From: Candidatus Woesearchaeota archaeon CG10_big_fil_rev_8_21_14_0_10_45_16
GTDB taxonomy: Archaea; Nanobdellota; Nanobdellia; Woesearchaeales; GW2011-AR9
Length of the DNA stretch: 64,000 bases
Assembly: GCA_002762785.1 (NCBI GenBank)
Contig: PCXY01000005.1
Span: forward strand, 392,849-456,848
Direction of reading: 5' to 3'
Below are positions 37,187-46,182 of this stretch, piece after piece. A program made the translations under genes and the position numbers. A model generated the notes under the pieces. It worked only from the letters and a program-made list of their open reading frames with translations, made no database searches and was not told the origin of the DNA. Each line of letters starts with the position of its first letter. Position 1 is the stretch's first letter.

Positions 37187-38973
37187 CAGCCCACGCCCCA
37201 GACCGGATTATCTCTTCGTTTGATCTCAGCCACTTCTTTCAGCACTTCCAATTCCATCTTAGAGAGATGCTTCTTCAGCTCTTTCAGTTTCTTAAAATGT
37301 TCTTCTGGGATGTCAGCATAGAGAAAATCTCCTTCATTGACCTGTCTTCCTACGGTCACTCCTTCCATGGCCATGGCCAATTGTTTGCCTTGCTCACCGA
37401 CGGAGACAGATTCCTGTCCGTCTTTCATGCTTTTGACGCTGCTGATCTTTTTCCCAGAAATGTTCATGATCGGGTCGCCTGACTTGATCTTGCCGATCTC
37501 GATCTCTACGCCGACGATAGCCGGATTGCTCTGCCTGAAGGTGTAGCCTTTCAGCACGGCGAACTTGCAGGGCCTTACCAGAGAAGTGAATTCTTTCAGT
37601 TCGATCTGCTGCTTGAGACTCTCCACATATTTTTCATAATCTTCGATGGTCTTATAGATGACATCGTGGGTGATCAGCTTAAGGTTTTTCGCTTTGATGA
37701 TCTCATCCAGGTCCGCTGGAACTTTGATGTTGAATCCCAGAAGAACTCCGGTAAACTCATCCGCTTCTTTTAATGATTCTAGATGAGAAAGGTCTTTCTT
37801 GCTCACATCGCCCAAAAATGAGGACGATATGGGGATATTTTTCTCTTTCAATAATGTCTGCAAGGCTTCCAGTCCGCCGATGGTGTCGGCTTTGATCATC
37901 ACACCTTGTTCTTCTGACTCGTCGCTGATAACTTCGCCGATCTCCTGCTGGACTTCTTCTTTCAGCGCTTCGATCTCTTCAGGCTTCCCTGAACAGGCGC
38001 GAATCGGCATCCCGGCCACGGCTTTATCTAATCCAGGAGCGGCAATCTTGACTCCGGTAGCTGCGATAACTTCCTTGACGTTCTTGAACTTGCTTTTCTT
38101 TTCCCGCATCTCTGTCAGTTCCGCTGGTTCCAGCAAAGCTCTTACTTTGACAGTAAACGGCTCGTCAAGACTGCCGATGACTAGCGTGTCGCCGACCTTC
38201 AGCCTGCCGTTATAGATGATGGTATCTAAAGTCATCCCCAGCCCTTGTTCTTCTTTGACTTCCAGGATCGTCCCTTTAGCATCCCCTTCTGCTTCTATCT
38301 CTAATTTTTTCTCGAGATATTTTTGAGCTAGCCCTGTCAGCACCATCAGCAGTTCAGGGATACCCTGGCCGCTGTGGGCAGAAATGGGGACGATGGCGAT
38401 CTGTTTGGTGTAGTCCTGCACCCGATCGAACCGTTCGGCCTGGATGCCGTGTTCACCGAACTTGCCGACGATATCATACATCTTTTTCTCAAAATCGCCC
38501 TGGCTTTGGTAATCAAGTTCGTTGATGTTTTGGATAAGGTTCTTCTTTTGGTCGTATTTCCAGCCCCGCTGCAAGTCGATCTTATTGGCAGCGACGACAA
38601 ACGGTACTTTATGCGACCGCAGTATCTCCATCGATTCGATGGTCTGCGGCTTGAAGCCTTCATTGATGTCGATGACGAGGATGGCGATGTCAGCCAGCGA
38701 ACCGCCCCGTTTCCGGAGAGAAGTGAACGCAGCGTGTCCAGGGGTGTCGATAGCTAACAGTCCAGGAACGGTCAATTTTCCTTTCATGGAGTCAAGCAGA
38801 GAGCCGCAGATCTTCTTGATGGTCTCGATAGGGATGATGGAAACACCGATAGCTTGGGTGATGCCGCCGGCTTCTCCGGCCGTGACGACTGTCCTTCTGA
38901 TCTTATCTAATAAAGAAGTCTTGCCGTGATCGACATGTCCTAGAGTTGCGAGAAGAACCTTTCTGGTTGTCAT
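37186..38973 (-). CDS. infB: Translation initiation factor aIF5B (IF-2)
   Basis: GHVDHGKTSLLD, DTPGH, NKID G-motifs plus beta-barrel domains. Confidence 0.9.
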   Translation of the reverse strand: MTTRKVLLATLGHVDHGKTSLLDKIRRTVVTAGEAGGITQAIGVSIIPIETIKKICGSLLDSMKGKLTVPGLLAIDTPGHAAFTSLRKRGGSLADIAILVIDINEGFKPQTIESMEILRSHKVPFVVAANKIDLQRGWKYDQKKNLIQNINELDYQSQGDFEKKMYDIVGKFGEHGIQAERFDRVQDYTKQIAIVPISAHSGQGIPELLMVLTGLAQKYLEKKLEIEAEGDAKGTILEVKEEQGLGMTLDTIIYNGRLKVGDTLVIGSLDEPFTVKVRALLEPAELTEMREKKSKFKNVKEVIAATGVKIAAPGLDKAVAGMPIRACSGKPEEIEALKEEVQQEIGEVISDESEEQGVMIKADTIGGLEALQTLLKEKNIPISSSFLGDVSKKDLSHLESLKEADEFTGVLLGFNIKVPADLDEIIKAKNLKLITHDVIYKTIEDYEKYVESLKQQIELKEFTSLVRPCKFAVLKGYTFRQSNPAIVGVEIEIGKIKSGDPIMNISGKKISSVKSMKDGQESVSVGEQGKQLAMAMEGVTVGRQVNEGDFLYADIPEEHFKKLKELKKHLSKMELEVLKEVAEIKRRDNPVWGVG

Positions 38974-39124
38974 AAACTTACGAGGAGCAGGCTTATTTTT
39001 AAAGTTTCTCTTTCGAGAGGCTCTGTAGAAAATCTCTTCGCGGTGTCACAGCCAACGACTTCTTGACCGGTGAATACGCTAGCGGAATAGTCAGATTTAA
39101 AAACTTGTTTTCTTTCTCTTTCTT

Positions 39125-40168
39125 ATGGCCTTCACCCAGAACCAAAAAAAGTGGATATTTGTAGTTCTTTTTGTTATCCTGCTGGCTCTGGCTACCTTTG
39201 TCATCCGCAGCTATCTGGGGGCTATCGTCATCGGCGCGCTTATCACTTATTTCATCTACCCAGTCTATCTTAAGCTCAAAAGATGGGTTCGTTATCCGTT
39301 GCTGGCCCAGATCATACTTGCTATCGGCAGTATCATCTTGCTGGCTCTCTTATTGACAGTTATCATTGTTCCGTTAGCTTCTCAGACTCAAACCCTCTAC
39401 AAAGCGTCGGAGCCGTTCCTGCTGAAATTGTCGGATGAGAGCAGCGCCTGCGTCCAGCCGGGATCACTGCAGTGCCGGGCTTTTCAGCAGTTGCAGCAGC
39501 TTGTCTCCGGAACTGATTTCAGGCAGAAAAGTAAAGAGATATTACAGAAAGCATCTTCCTTTTTCTTTGAAAGCGTCAGCGGTCTGATCTCCAGCGCCGT
39601 CTCTCTTCTGATCTTCTTTGCCATCCTGGTCTACTCTATCTTCTATTTCCTGGGAAATGGCGAGGAGATAAAGAAAAATATCTTTGAGCTCATACCATTG
39701 CAGGAAAGACATAAGAATCAGATCTTCCAGCGATTGAAAGATACTATCAACGCGGTGATCGGCGGCAACATCAGCACTGCTTTGCTGCAAGGTCTTACCG
39801 GCGGATTGATCTTCTTCATCTTAGGCATCCCTTCACCATTCTTCTGGGGGCTGATGATGGCTATCTTGGCGTTCATCCCTGCCGTCGGTCCGGCGGTCAT
39901 CTGGCTGCCAGCCGTGGTGATCCTGTTCGTGCAAGGAAACATCCTCCAGAGCGTTATCCTTATCGTGTATTGTGTCTTGGTGCTTGGTTCTATCGATGCC
40001 TTCCTGAAGCCGAAACTGATCGGCGACAAGATCAAGATGTCTTCATTCTGGATTCTTCTGGGTGTTATCGGCGGCCTGCAGGTGTTCGGCTTGTTAGGAT
40101 TCTTCCTGGGCCCGCTGATACTGGCGCTGCTGTCATCGTTCATCCAGATGTATAGGGAGTTGTCGTAA
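39125..40168 (+). CDS. AI-2E family transporter (PerM/UPF0118)
   Basis: Eight TM helices and a conserved C-terminal LGPLILALL region. Confidence 0.65.
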   Translation: MAFTQNQKKWIFVVLFVILLALATFVIRSYLGAIVIGALITYFIYPVYLKLKRWVRYPLLAQIILAIGSIILLALLLTVIIVPLASQTQTLYKASEPFLLKLSDESSACVQPGSLQCRAFQQLQQLVSGTDFRQKSKEILQKASSFFFESVSGLISSAVSLLIFFAILVYSIFYFLGNGEEIKKNIFELIPLQERHKNQIFQRLKDTINAVIGGNISTALLQGLTGGLIFFILGIPSPFFWGLMMAILAFIPAVGPAVIWLPAVVILFVQGNILQSVILIVYCVLVLGSIDAFLKPKLIGDKIKMSSFWILLGVIGGLQVFGLLGFFLGPLILALLSSFIQMYRELS

Positions 40169-40212
40169 CTTTTCAAACACTTTTTTAAACACCTTCTCTT
40201 TTTCCATGATTA

Positions 40213-41283
40213 ATGATCACTGAACATTCAGCAGCCATCACAGGAGAGCCGTATCAAGGCGATGTCAATGCCAAGATGGATGTATTTTACAATCCTTTGA
40301 TGGTCTCTAACAGAAACGTCTCTGTGGTCTTACTAAACTCTATCCCTAACAAGAACATGAAGCTGGCCTTGCCTCTAGCTGGTTCCGGGATCAGAGCTTT
40401 CCGGTTCCTGAAAGAATTGAAGAAAGGCAAGATCAAAGAGCTATACGTCAACGATAAGAAGCATAATTTCAATGAGATATTTTCAAAAAATCTGGAATTG
40501 AATAAGATAGACAAGACCAAAGCAAACATCAGTAATGAAGACGCTACCTTGTTCATGCTTCATCAAGAAGGTTTTGATTATATCGACATCGATCCGTTCG
40601 GTTCGCCGAACCCGTTCCTGGCGGCAGCTATCGCCAGGATTTCCAGAAAAGGGATATTGGCCATAACGGCTACGGACACGGCAGCCTTGACGGGAACGTA
40701 TCCTAAAGTTACTAAAAGGAAATACTGGGGGACATCGGTGAAAAATCATCTGATGCATGAGACTGGTTTGCGGATACTGATACGGAAAATCCAGTTGCAA
40801 GGGATCCAGTTCGAGAAAGCTTTGACGCCAGTATTGGCATATCACAAAGATCATTATTTCCGCGTCTATTTCCGCTCTGAGAAGGGCAAGGAGAGATGCG
40901 ACCAGATCATTAAACAGCACAAGTATCTTCTTTTTGACGGGAAAACTCTTGATTTCAAGATCTCTGACTATAACAAAGAAGATGGATATCTTTACATCGG
41001 GCCGTTATGGGCTGGTCTTTTAGCTGATATCTCATTGTTGAAAAAAATGTGCAAGAACAACCCTTTTCCGGAGGAACAGAAATTTTTAGAAATATTAAGG
41101 GATGAACTGCCGGTCGTCGGTTTCCATGACATCCACGCTTTGGCCAAGGCTTACAGGCTGGAGATACCAAAGCTGGAAGGGCTGTTAAAAAGTTTGAAAG
41201 GGACCCGGACGCATTTCCTGCCGACGGGGATAAAGACCACAAAAAAAGCGGCTGAGATAATAAAAATAATAAAAAAATCTTAA
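40213..41283 (+). CDS. trm1: tRNA (guanine26-N2)-dimethyltransferase Trm1
   Basis: FYNPLMVSNRN; ALPLAGSGIRAFRF; DIDPFGSP. Confidence 0.8.
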   Translation: MITEHSAAITGEPYQGDVNAKMDVFYNPLMVSNRNVSVVLLNSIPNKNMKLALPLAGSGIRAFRFLKELKKGKIKELYVNDKKHNFNEIFSKNLELNKIDKTKANISNEDATLFMLHQEGFDYIDIDPFGSPNPFLAAAIARISRKGILAITATDTAALTGTYPKVTKRKYWGTSVKNHLMHETGLRILIRKIQLQGIQFEKALTPVLAYHKDHYFRVYFRSEKGKERCDQIIKQHKYLLFDGKTLDFKISDYNKEDGYLYIGPLWAGLLADISLLKKMCKNNPFPEEQKFLEILRDELPVVGFHDIHALAKAYRLEIPKLEGLLKSLKGTRTHFLPTGIKTTKKAAEIIKIIKKS

Positions 41284-41486
41284 AGGAAATGTTTCCTGAT
41301 TATCGGGCAGGCGAAGAAGCTTAGGTTGGTCAGTACCAGCAGTATGAGTGATGTTACATACAGGTTGCCGGTAACTCCCAACAGCAGCTGTCCATACCAG
41401 AACAGACCGTATAAAGCTAGTTCTGAGACGACGCCCCAGACCCAATCAGCAGCGGTCCAGTCGCAGGTTGCGCAGGTTTCTTTCAT
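41280..41486 (-). CDS. Small two-TM membrane protein
   Basis: 68-aa ORF between trm1 and the PEBP gene. Confidence 0.25.
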   Translation of the reverse strand: MKETCATCDWTAADWVWGVVSELALYGLFWYGQLLLGVTGNLYVTSLILLVLTNLSFFACPIIRKHFL

Positions 41487-42061
41487 TGTGTCACCTCTTT
41501 TCTTTGATATCTTCCAACTAATTGGGCTTGGGCGATGATATGCCCTTCCATAGCTTTCTCGACCTCGGCTTTCGTAGCCCCTTCATCCAGGCTGAGTTCA
41601 GCATCTAAAGCGTACAGCTTGAAAAAATAACGATGTTCTTTCGGTTCGTACTGTGTCGGCGGGCAGGGACCGGTATAAGCGCTGTTTCCGGCCGAATTCT
41701 TTCCAGCGGTTCCCGCAGCCGGTGTGATCTCTTTCGTCCCCGGCGGGATGTTGAACATCAGCCAATGGTCAAACACCTGGATGCCTCTGCTTTGTTTTAC
41801 CTCATCTGGAATATCGGGGTCGTCCATGATCAGGACCAAACTTTTCGCTTCAGTCGGAACATCTTCAACCTGTAAAGCAGGATTAGCATTATCGCCGTCA
41901 CAGGTGTACTGGCTGGGTATCTTGTCATTCTCTGCAAAAGCAGGACTTGTCAACTTCATCATCATAACCTCCTCATCTGCTTTGATCTCCTGCGTCCCGG
42001 AAGAACAACCCAAAATGAGCAAGAGACCGAATATAACAAACACTATCCTCTTTTTGAACAT
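41483..42061 (-). CDS. YbhB/YbcL (PEBP) family lipoprotein
   Basis: Lipobox LILGCSSG; PEBP motifs DPDIPD...FDHWLMFNIP. Confidence 0.75.
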   Translation of the reverse strand: MFKKRIVFVIFGLLLILGCSSGTQEIKADEEVMMMKLTSPAFAENDKIPSQYTCDGDNANPALQVEDVPTEAKSLVLIMDDPDIPDEVKQSRGIQVFDHWLMFNIPPGTKEITPAAGTAGKNSAGNSAYTGPCPPTQYEPKEHRYFFKLYALDAELSLDEGATKAEVEKAMEGHIIAQAQLVGRYQRKEVTQ

Positions 42062-42093
42062 ATCTTAAGAAAAAGAAAGAGAGTTAATAAAAT

Positions 42094-42372
42094 TTATCCT
42101 AAAGCCAAGTCCATCTTCGCCACTTCTGAACTCTGGACATCCTCTATTTCAGCCATCTTGCCGGCAATCCCTTCAAAATCAGTGCTGTCGACATCATACA
42201 TGACCATCACCAGGACGGCTTTCAAGCCGAAGGCGATAGGATCTTCTTTCACCAGCATCTCACCGATGGCGCCTGCTTCCTTGGCGATATCTTTTGCTTT
42301 GGCCTTGATCTGCTCCAGATCGACTTCCGGAGAAACGGGCATCAATTTAAACGTGACTACTGCTCTTGCCAT
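42094..42372 (-). CDS. ef1b: Elongation factor 1-beta (aEF-1beta)
   Basis: 92 aa; AFGLKAVLVMVMYDVDSTDFEGI. Confidence 0.85.
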   Translation of the reverse strand: MARAVVTFKLMPVSPEVDLEQIKAKAKDIAKEAGAIGEMLVKEDPIAFGLKAVLVMVMYDVDSTDFEGIAGKMAEIEDVQSSEVAKMDLALG

Positions 42373-42390
42373 TATATATTACCTCTTATG

Positions 42391-42576
42391 CTAATTTGGT
42401 CCAGAAAACCCGCAGCCCGGACAGGAGTACTTGATAGCGTTCTTTCTTGCATAAGAGCTGCGAACAACCTCATGCTGACCGCACTGTGGACAGTTGAAAC
42501 TGACCGCGCCAGAGTCGTTATCGACCCGTCTTTTCGTCGCACTGCATAATTTTGCTTCCATGCCCTGCCCGAACAA
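42391..42576 (-). CDS. Zn-ribbon protein conserved upstream of aEF-1beta
   Basis: CPQCG ... CPGCG; conserved gene order with ef1b in archaea. Confidence 0.55.
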   Translation of the reverse strand: MFGQGMEAKLCSATKRRVDNDSGAVSFNCPQCGQHEVVRSSYARKNAIKYSCPGCGFSGPN

Positions 42577-42659
42577 TGTCCTTTTTATAAATCTTTGCCT
42601 TCAGCAGGAGCTACCTGAAACCAAGAACTTATAAAAAATCAGTCTATTTCAGGAGCATT

Positions 42660-43502
42660 ATGGGTACTGTTCACATAAAAGATAGAGCTGAACTACAGCG
42701 GAAGATCGATCGTATCAAGAAAGATGGTATTTCTTCACTGCATGTCATCTCGGATTTTGACAAGACTCTTACCACTGCTTTTGTCGATGGGGAGAAAGTG
42801 CAGTCTACCTATGCTCTCATCCGCAACGGCAAGTATCTCTCGCCAGAGTACGTGCAAAGGTCGCATGCTCTTTTTGATAAGTACCATCCGTATGAGGCGG
42901 CTGACGATCTCATGGAAGAAGAGCGTAATGCCATGATGGTCCGTTGGTGGAAAGAGCATTATCAGATGATGGTGGACTGCGGACTCAGTCAAGCGGTCAT
43001 CAAGGACATCATCAGGAGCGGCAAGTTGCGTCTGCGGGCTGGAGCTTCTGCTCTGTTCCATTCTTTAGCTGATAAAAACATCCCTCTCCTTATCTTTTCA
43101 GCTGGCCAGGGTGATATCATCACTGAGTTTTTGAAACAGAATGGTTATGATACGCCCAATGTTCATGTAATCTCTAATTTCTTCACTTTCTCTGCTGACG
43201 GCTTGGCCGACGGATATAAAGAACCGTTTATCCACACTTTCAACAAGAACGAGGTGGTCGTTCGGGAAACCCCTTATTATCAGCAGGTCAAGGACAGACG
43301 TCATGTTATCTTGTTAGGCGACAGTCTCGGCGACCTGGGGATGTCAGAAGGCCTGGAGCATGACGTCATCATCAAGATCGGCTTCCTCAATGAGAACAAA
43401 GAAAAATTTCTGAAGAAGTATCTGAATATGTTCGATGTTGTTATCACCGATGACAGCGGGATGGAGTATGTCGATGATATACTCACACAAGTCTTACGGT
43501 AA
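42660..43502 (+). CDS. HAD-superfamily pyrimidine 5'-nucleotidase (UMPH-1-like)
   Basis: DFDKTLT motif I, cap domain, GDSLGD motif. Confidence 0.65.
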   Translation: MGTVHIKDRAELQRKIDRIKKDGISSLHVISDFDKTLTTAFVDGEKVQSTYALIRNGKYLSPEYVQRSHALFDKYHPYEAADDLMEEERNAMMVRWWKEHYQMMVDCGLSQAVIKDIIRSGKLRLRAGASALFHSLADKNIPLLIFSAGQGDIITEFLKQNGYDTPNVHVISNFFTFSADGLADGYKEPFIHTFNKNEVVVRETPYYQQVKDRRHVILLGDSLGDLGMSEGLEHDVIIKIGFLNENKEKFLKKYLNMFDVVITDDSGMEYVDDILTQVLR

Positions 43503-44559
43503 CAACACCTTTCTCCACTTCAAACTTTACTGGCAGGAATCTTTCTACAACGTGGATGTTGGTGAGAGCATGATCGCTGACTTTACCCGTTTTCATGACC
43601 GATCCCGGCAGTAAAGCCAGATACGGTATCAGCTGGTCAGCCAGGAAATGGTCGACGACCGCACCGGAAGAGATCTCTTCTTTCAATTTATCAGCTGCTT
43701 CCTTGGCTATGTCTTCCGACCGTTTCCCTTTTTCGATAAGCACGTCGCTGCCTAGTATCAGCGGGTTCTCGTAATCAGCTTGTCCATCCCGGCTGAAGAT
43801 AGCCCACAGCAGGACTTCTCCTCCGGTACTGAGACTGTCGGCATATTCCACGTCGATGGTGATGGGCACATCATGATCTTTAAGGTATGGCTTTATGCTG
43901 TCGTTGATCCTGCGGCCAACTTCTTTCTCTTCCAGCTCTTTGGAGAGGTTGATGAACCCTTTGATATGTTCTAAAGTTCCTTGTTGTTTCAGATCATAAA
44001 GACGTAAATCATGTCTTTTTTCGATGAATTCGGCAAAGCTGTGATATCGGGGAACGATCTCTACTTCTACTAGACCATTGCCTTTTGGATAGTACCCTCT
44101 TTTCAGAACTTTCAGCTCTATCTTTTCCACGAACCTTCGCAGCTGCGGGAACAAGATGTTGGAGATGTAATCTACGGAAGCCTGCCATTTACCGCAAGTT
44201 CCTCCGGAAATCTTTAAAGTTATTTTACCTGGCGCGAATAAGCAAGGTGGAATTATCGCTTGTAGTACTAGGGAGATACTACCAGCAGTACCAATCTCAA
44301 TTTCATAGATTCCTCTCTTAACTTTTCCAGGAACAAAACGAAGTTTCTCAGAACCAATATTGACTTCGTTGGTTTTGCCGTTACAGATTTGTTCCAAAGC
44401 TTTGATAGCTGCTAAGTGCTGTGCTTTCAATCCCGGCTGGGGTCTGCCGGCGCGGATGTTGTCGACTTCAAAAGTAAGGCCGGTCAAGGCAGAGAAAGCT
44501 AAAGCGGTGCGTATCAAAGCGCCGCCGCCTTCTCCATGTGAACCGTCAAGGAAGATCAT
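43483..44559 (-). CDS. rtcA: RNA 3'-terminal phosphate cyclase
   Basis: DGSHGEGGGALIRTALAFSALTG and a catalytic His region. Confidence 0.85.
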   Translation of the reverse strand: MIFLDGSHGEGGGALIRTALAFSALTGLTFEVDNIRAGRPQPGLKAQHLAAIKALEQICNGKTNEVNIGSEKLRFVPGKVKRGIYEIEIGTAGSISLVLQAIIPPCLFAPGKITLKISGGTCGKWQASVDYISNILFPQLRRFVEKIELKVLKRGYYPKGNGLVEVEIVPRYHSFAEFIEKRHDLRLYDLKQQGTLEHIKGFINLSKELEEKEVGRRINDSIKPYLKDHDVPITIDVEYADSLSTGGEVLLWAIFSRDGQADYENPLILGSDVLIEKGKRSEDIAKEAADKLKEEISSGAVVDHFLADQLIPYLALLPGSVMKTGKVSDHALTNIHVVERFLPVKFEVEKGVVTVRLV

Positions 44560-44645
44560 GGGTGTTGTTTGAGATCGATTCTTTATAATAATTATCCTTC
44601 CTCATAAAAACATTAATAAAACGAAGCCGTTTTTGAATCAATTGT

Positions 44646-44807
44646 GGGGATGTAGTATAACCTGGCAGAATAGGGGCCTCCAGTAATGGAAGTTTGAGCT
44701 TCGGCGATGATAATAACTTTCCCTGAAGTCAGCCTTAGATCTGGGTTCAAATAGTTGACGACGAGGCAACGACCGAAAGCGTCAGCTTGATTGTCCCAGC
44801 ATCCCCA
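44646..44807 (+). tRNA. tRNA-Trp(CCA) with two introns (about 47 nt at 37/38; about 42 nt inside T-loop)
   Basis: Acceptor GGGGAUG/CAUCCCC, anticodon loop CUCCAG/intron/A, T-arm CUGGG-UUCAA[insert]GU-CCCAG. Discriminator A is followed by a T6 tract. The first intron carries UGAUAA and CUGA box-like elements. Confidence 0.55.
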
Positions 44808-44979
44808 CTTTTTTCTTCTTCTAAAGAGAACTTTGAAAAATAGGAATTTTGCAGATTGAATCTGATTTTCGTGTCAAAATTACGACTATTTCAAAGTCTC
44901 TTCAGAACTTTGCAGGTAAATTATTGAATTATGCAAAGTTCTCTAAAGATATATAAACAGAGAAATAATCTTCGAGAGC

Positions 44980-46140
44980 ATGTCTGAAAAAAGAGGATTG
45001 GCGACGGCTTTAGCCACTACCACGCTGATAGGCACGATCATCGGCGCCGGAATCTTAGGCATCCCTTACACCTTGGCGAAAGCCGGCGTCTTCTATGGTT
45101 TCTTGATCCTGTTAGGCATCGGTTTGGTCTATCTGCTGATAAATCTCTTTACCGGGGAGTTTGTCCTGCGGACGAAAGAGCAGCATCAGCTTCCCGGCTA
45201 TACGGAAAAATATCTTGGAAAAGAAGCGAAAGCAGTCATGTTCTTTGCGATGATCTTCAGCCTCTACGGCGCCCTTATAGCTTATCTTATCGGTGAAGGC
45301 GCGACGTTATATTCTTTGTTCGGTGTAGGGTCGCCGTTATTGTTCACAGTACTCTTTTTTTTGGTCGCCTCGTTCATCGTCTGGCGTGGTGTCAAGACGG
45401 CAGGGAAAGCAGAACTGCTGCTGATACTGTTCCTGGTCTTGGTGGTCTGTATCATCGGCATCTTTTCGTATGACCGGATCCATGTCATTAATTTCATGAA
45501 GTTCAATCCGGCTTATCTGTTCCTGCCATACGGCGTGGCAATCTTCGCTTATTTTGGGATGATGGCCATCCCGGAGATGCAGGAAATATTGCACAAGAAG
45601 AAAAAGCAGATGAAGAGAGCTATCATCCTTGGATCTCTTGTCCCGATCGTCATCTATATCCTTTTCGCTTTCATCGTCGTCGGCGTGGTCGGCGTCGATA
45701 ATTTCAACCTTCTTTCGGCCAACGAACGGATAGCCACTATCGCCCTTGGTTTGTATGCGCATCCAGTCTTAGGCGTGTTAGCCAACATCCTGGCGTTCCT
45801 GTCGATGTCGACATCTTTCTTGACCATATCTTTGGCTTTAGTGGGGATGTATCATTATGATTATGGTCTTTCCCGTCGGGTTTCTTTGTTCCTGACGTTA
45901 AGCATCCCTTTGGTGATAGCAGTTTTGAACCTGGCGACGTTCATCGAGATCCTGGGGATAACTGGTGCCGTCGCCGGCGGCATCGAGACGATCCTGATCA
46001 TCTTCATCTATTGGCGGGCCAAGAAGTTGGGTGATAGAAAGCCAGAATATTCTTTGGGGAATCATTATCTTTTAGGCGCTTTGTTCATCCTGATGTTCAT
46101 CATCGGTGTCATCGGCGAATTATGGCAGACCTTATTTTAA
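44980..46140 (+). CDS. Amino acid permease (APC superfamily)
   Basis: Twelve TM helices; GTIIGAGILGIPY signature. Confidence 0.7.
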   Translation: MSEKRGLATALATTTLIGTIIGAGILGIPYTLAKAGVFYGFLILLGIGLVYLLINLFTGEFVLRTKEQHQLPGYTEKYLGKEAKAVMFFAMIFSLYGALIAYLIGEGATLYSLFGVGSPLLFTVLFFLVASFIVWRGVKTAGKAELLLILFLVLVVCIIGIFSYDRIHVINFMKFNPAYLFLPYGVAIFAYFGMMAIPEMQEILHKKKKQMKRAIILGSLVPIVIYILFAFIVVGVVGVDNFNLLSANERIATIALGLYAHPVLGVLANILAFLSMSTSFLTISLALVGMYHYDYGLSRRVSLFLTLSIPLVIAVLNLATFIEILGITGAVAGGIETILIIFIYWRAKKLGDRKPEYSLGNHYLLGALFILMFIIGVIGELWQTLF

Positions 46141-46182
46141 AGGCGAAATATTTATATAACTGCACCACTATCAAGTGGTATT

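Noticed and set aside
37267-38929. Several ORFs antisense or alternative-frame to aIF5B
   Set aside because: They are embedded in the infB coding frame with no motifs.
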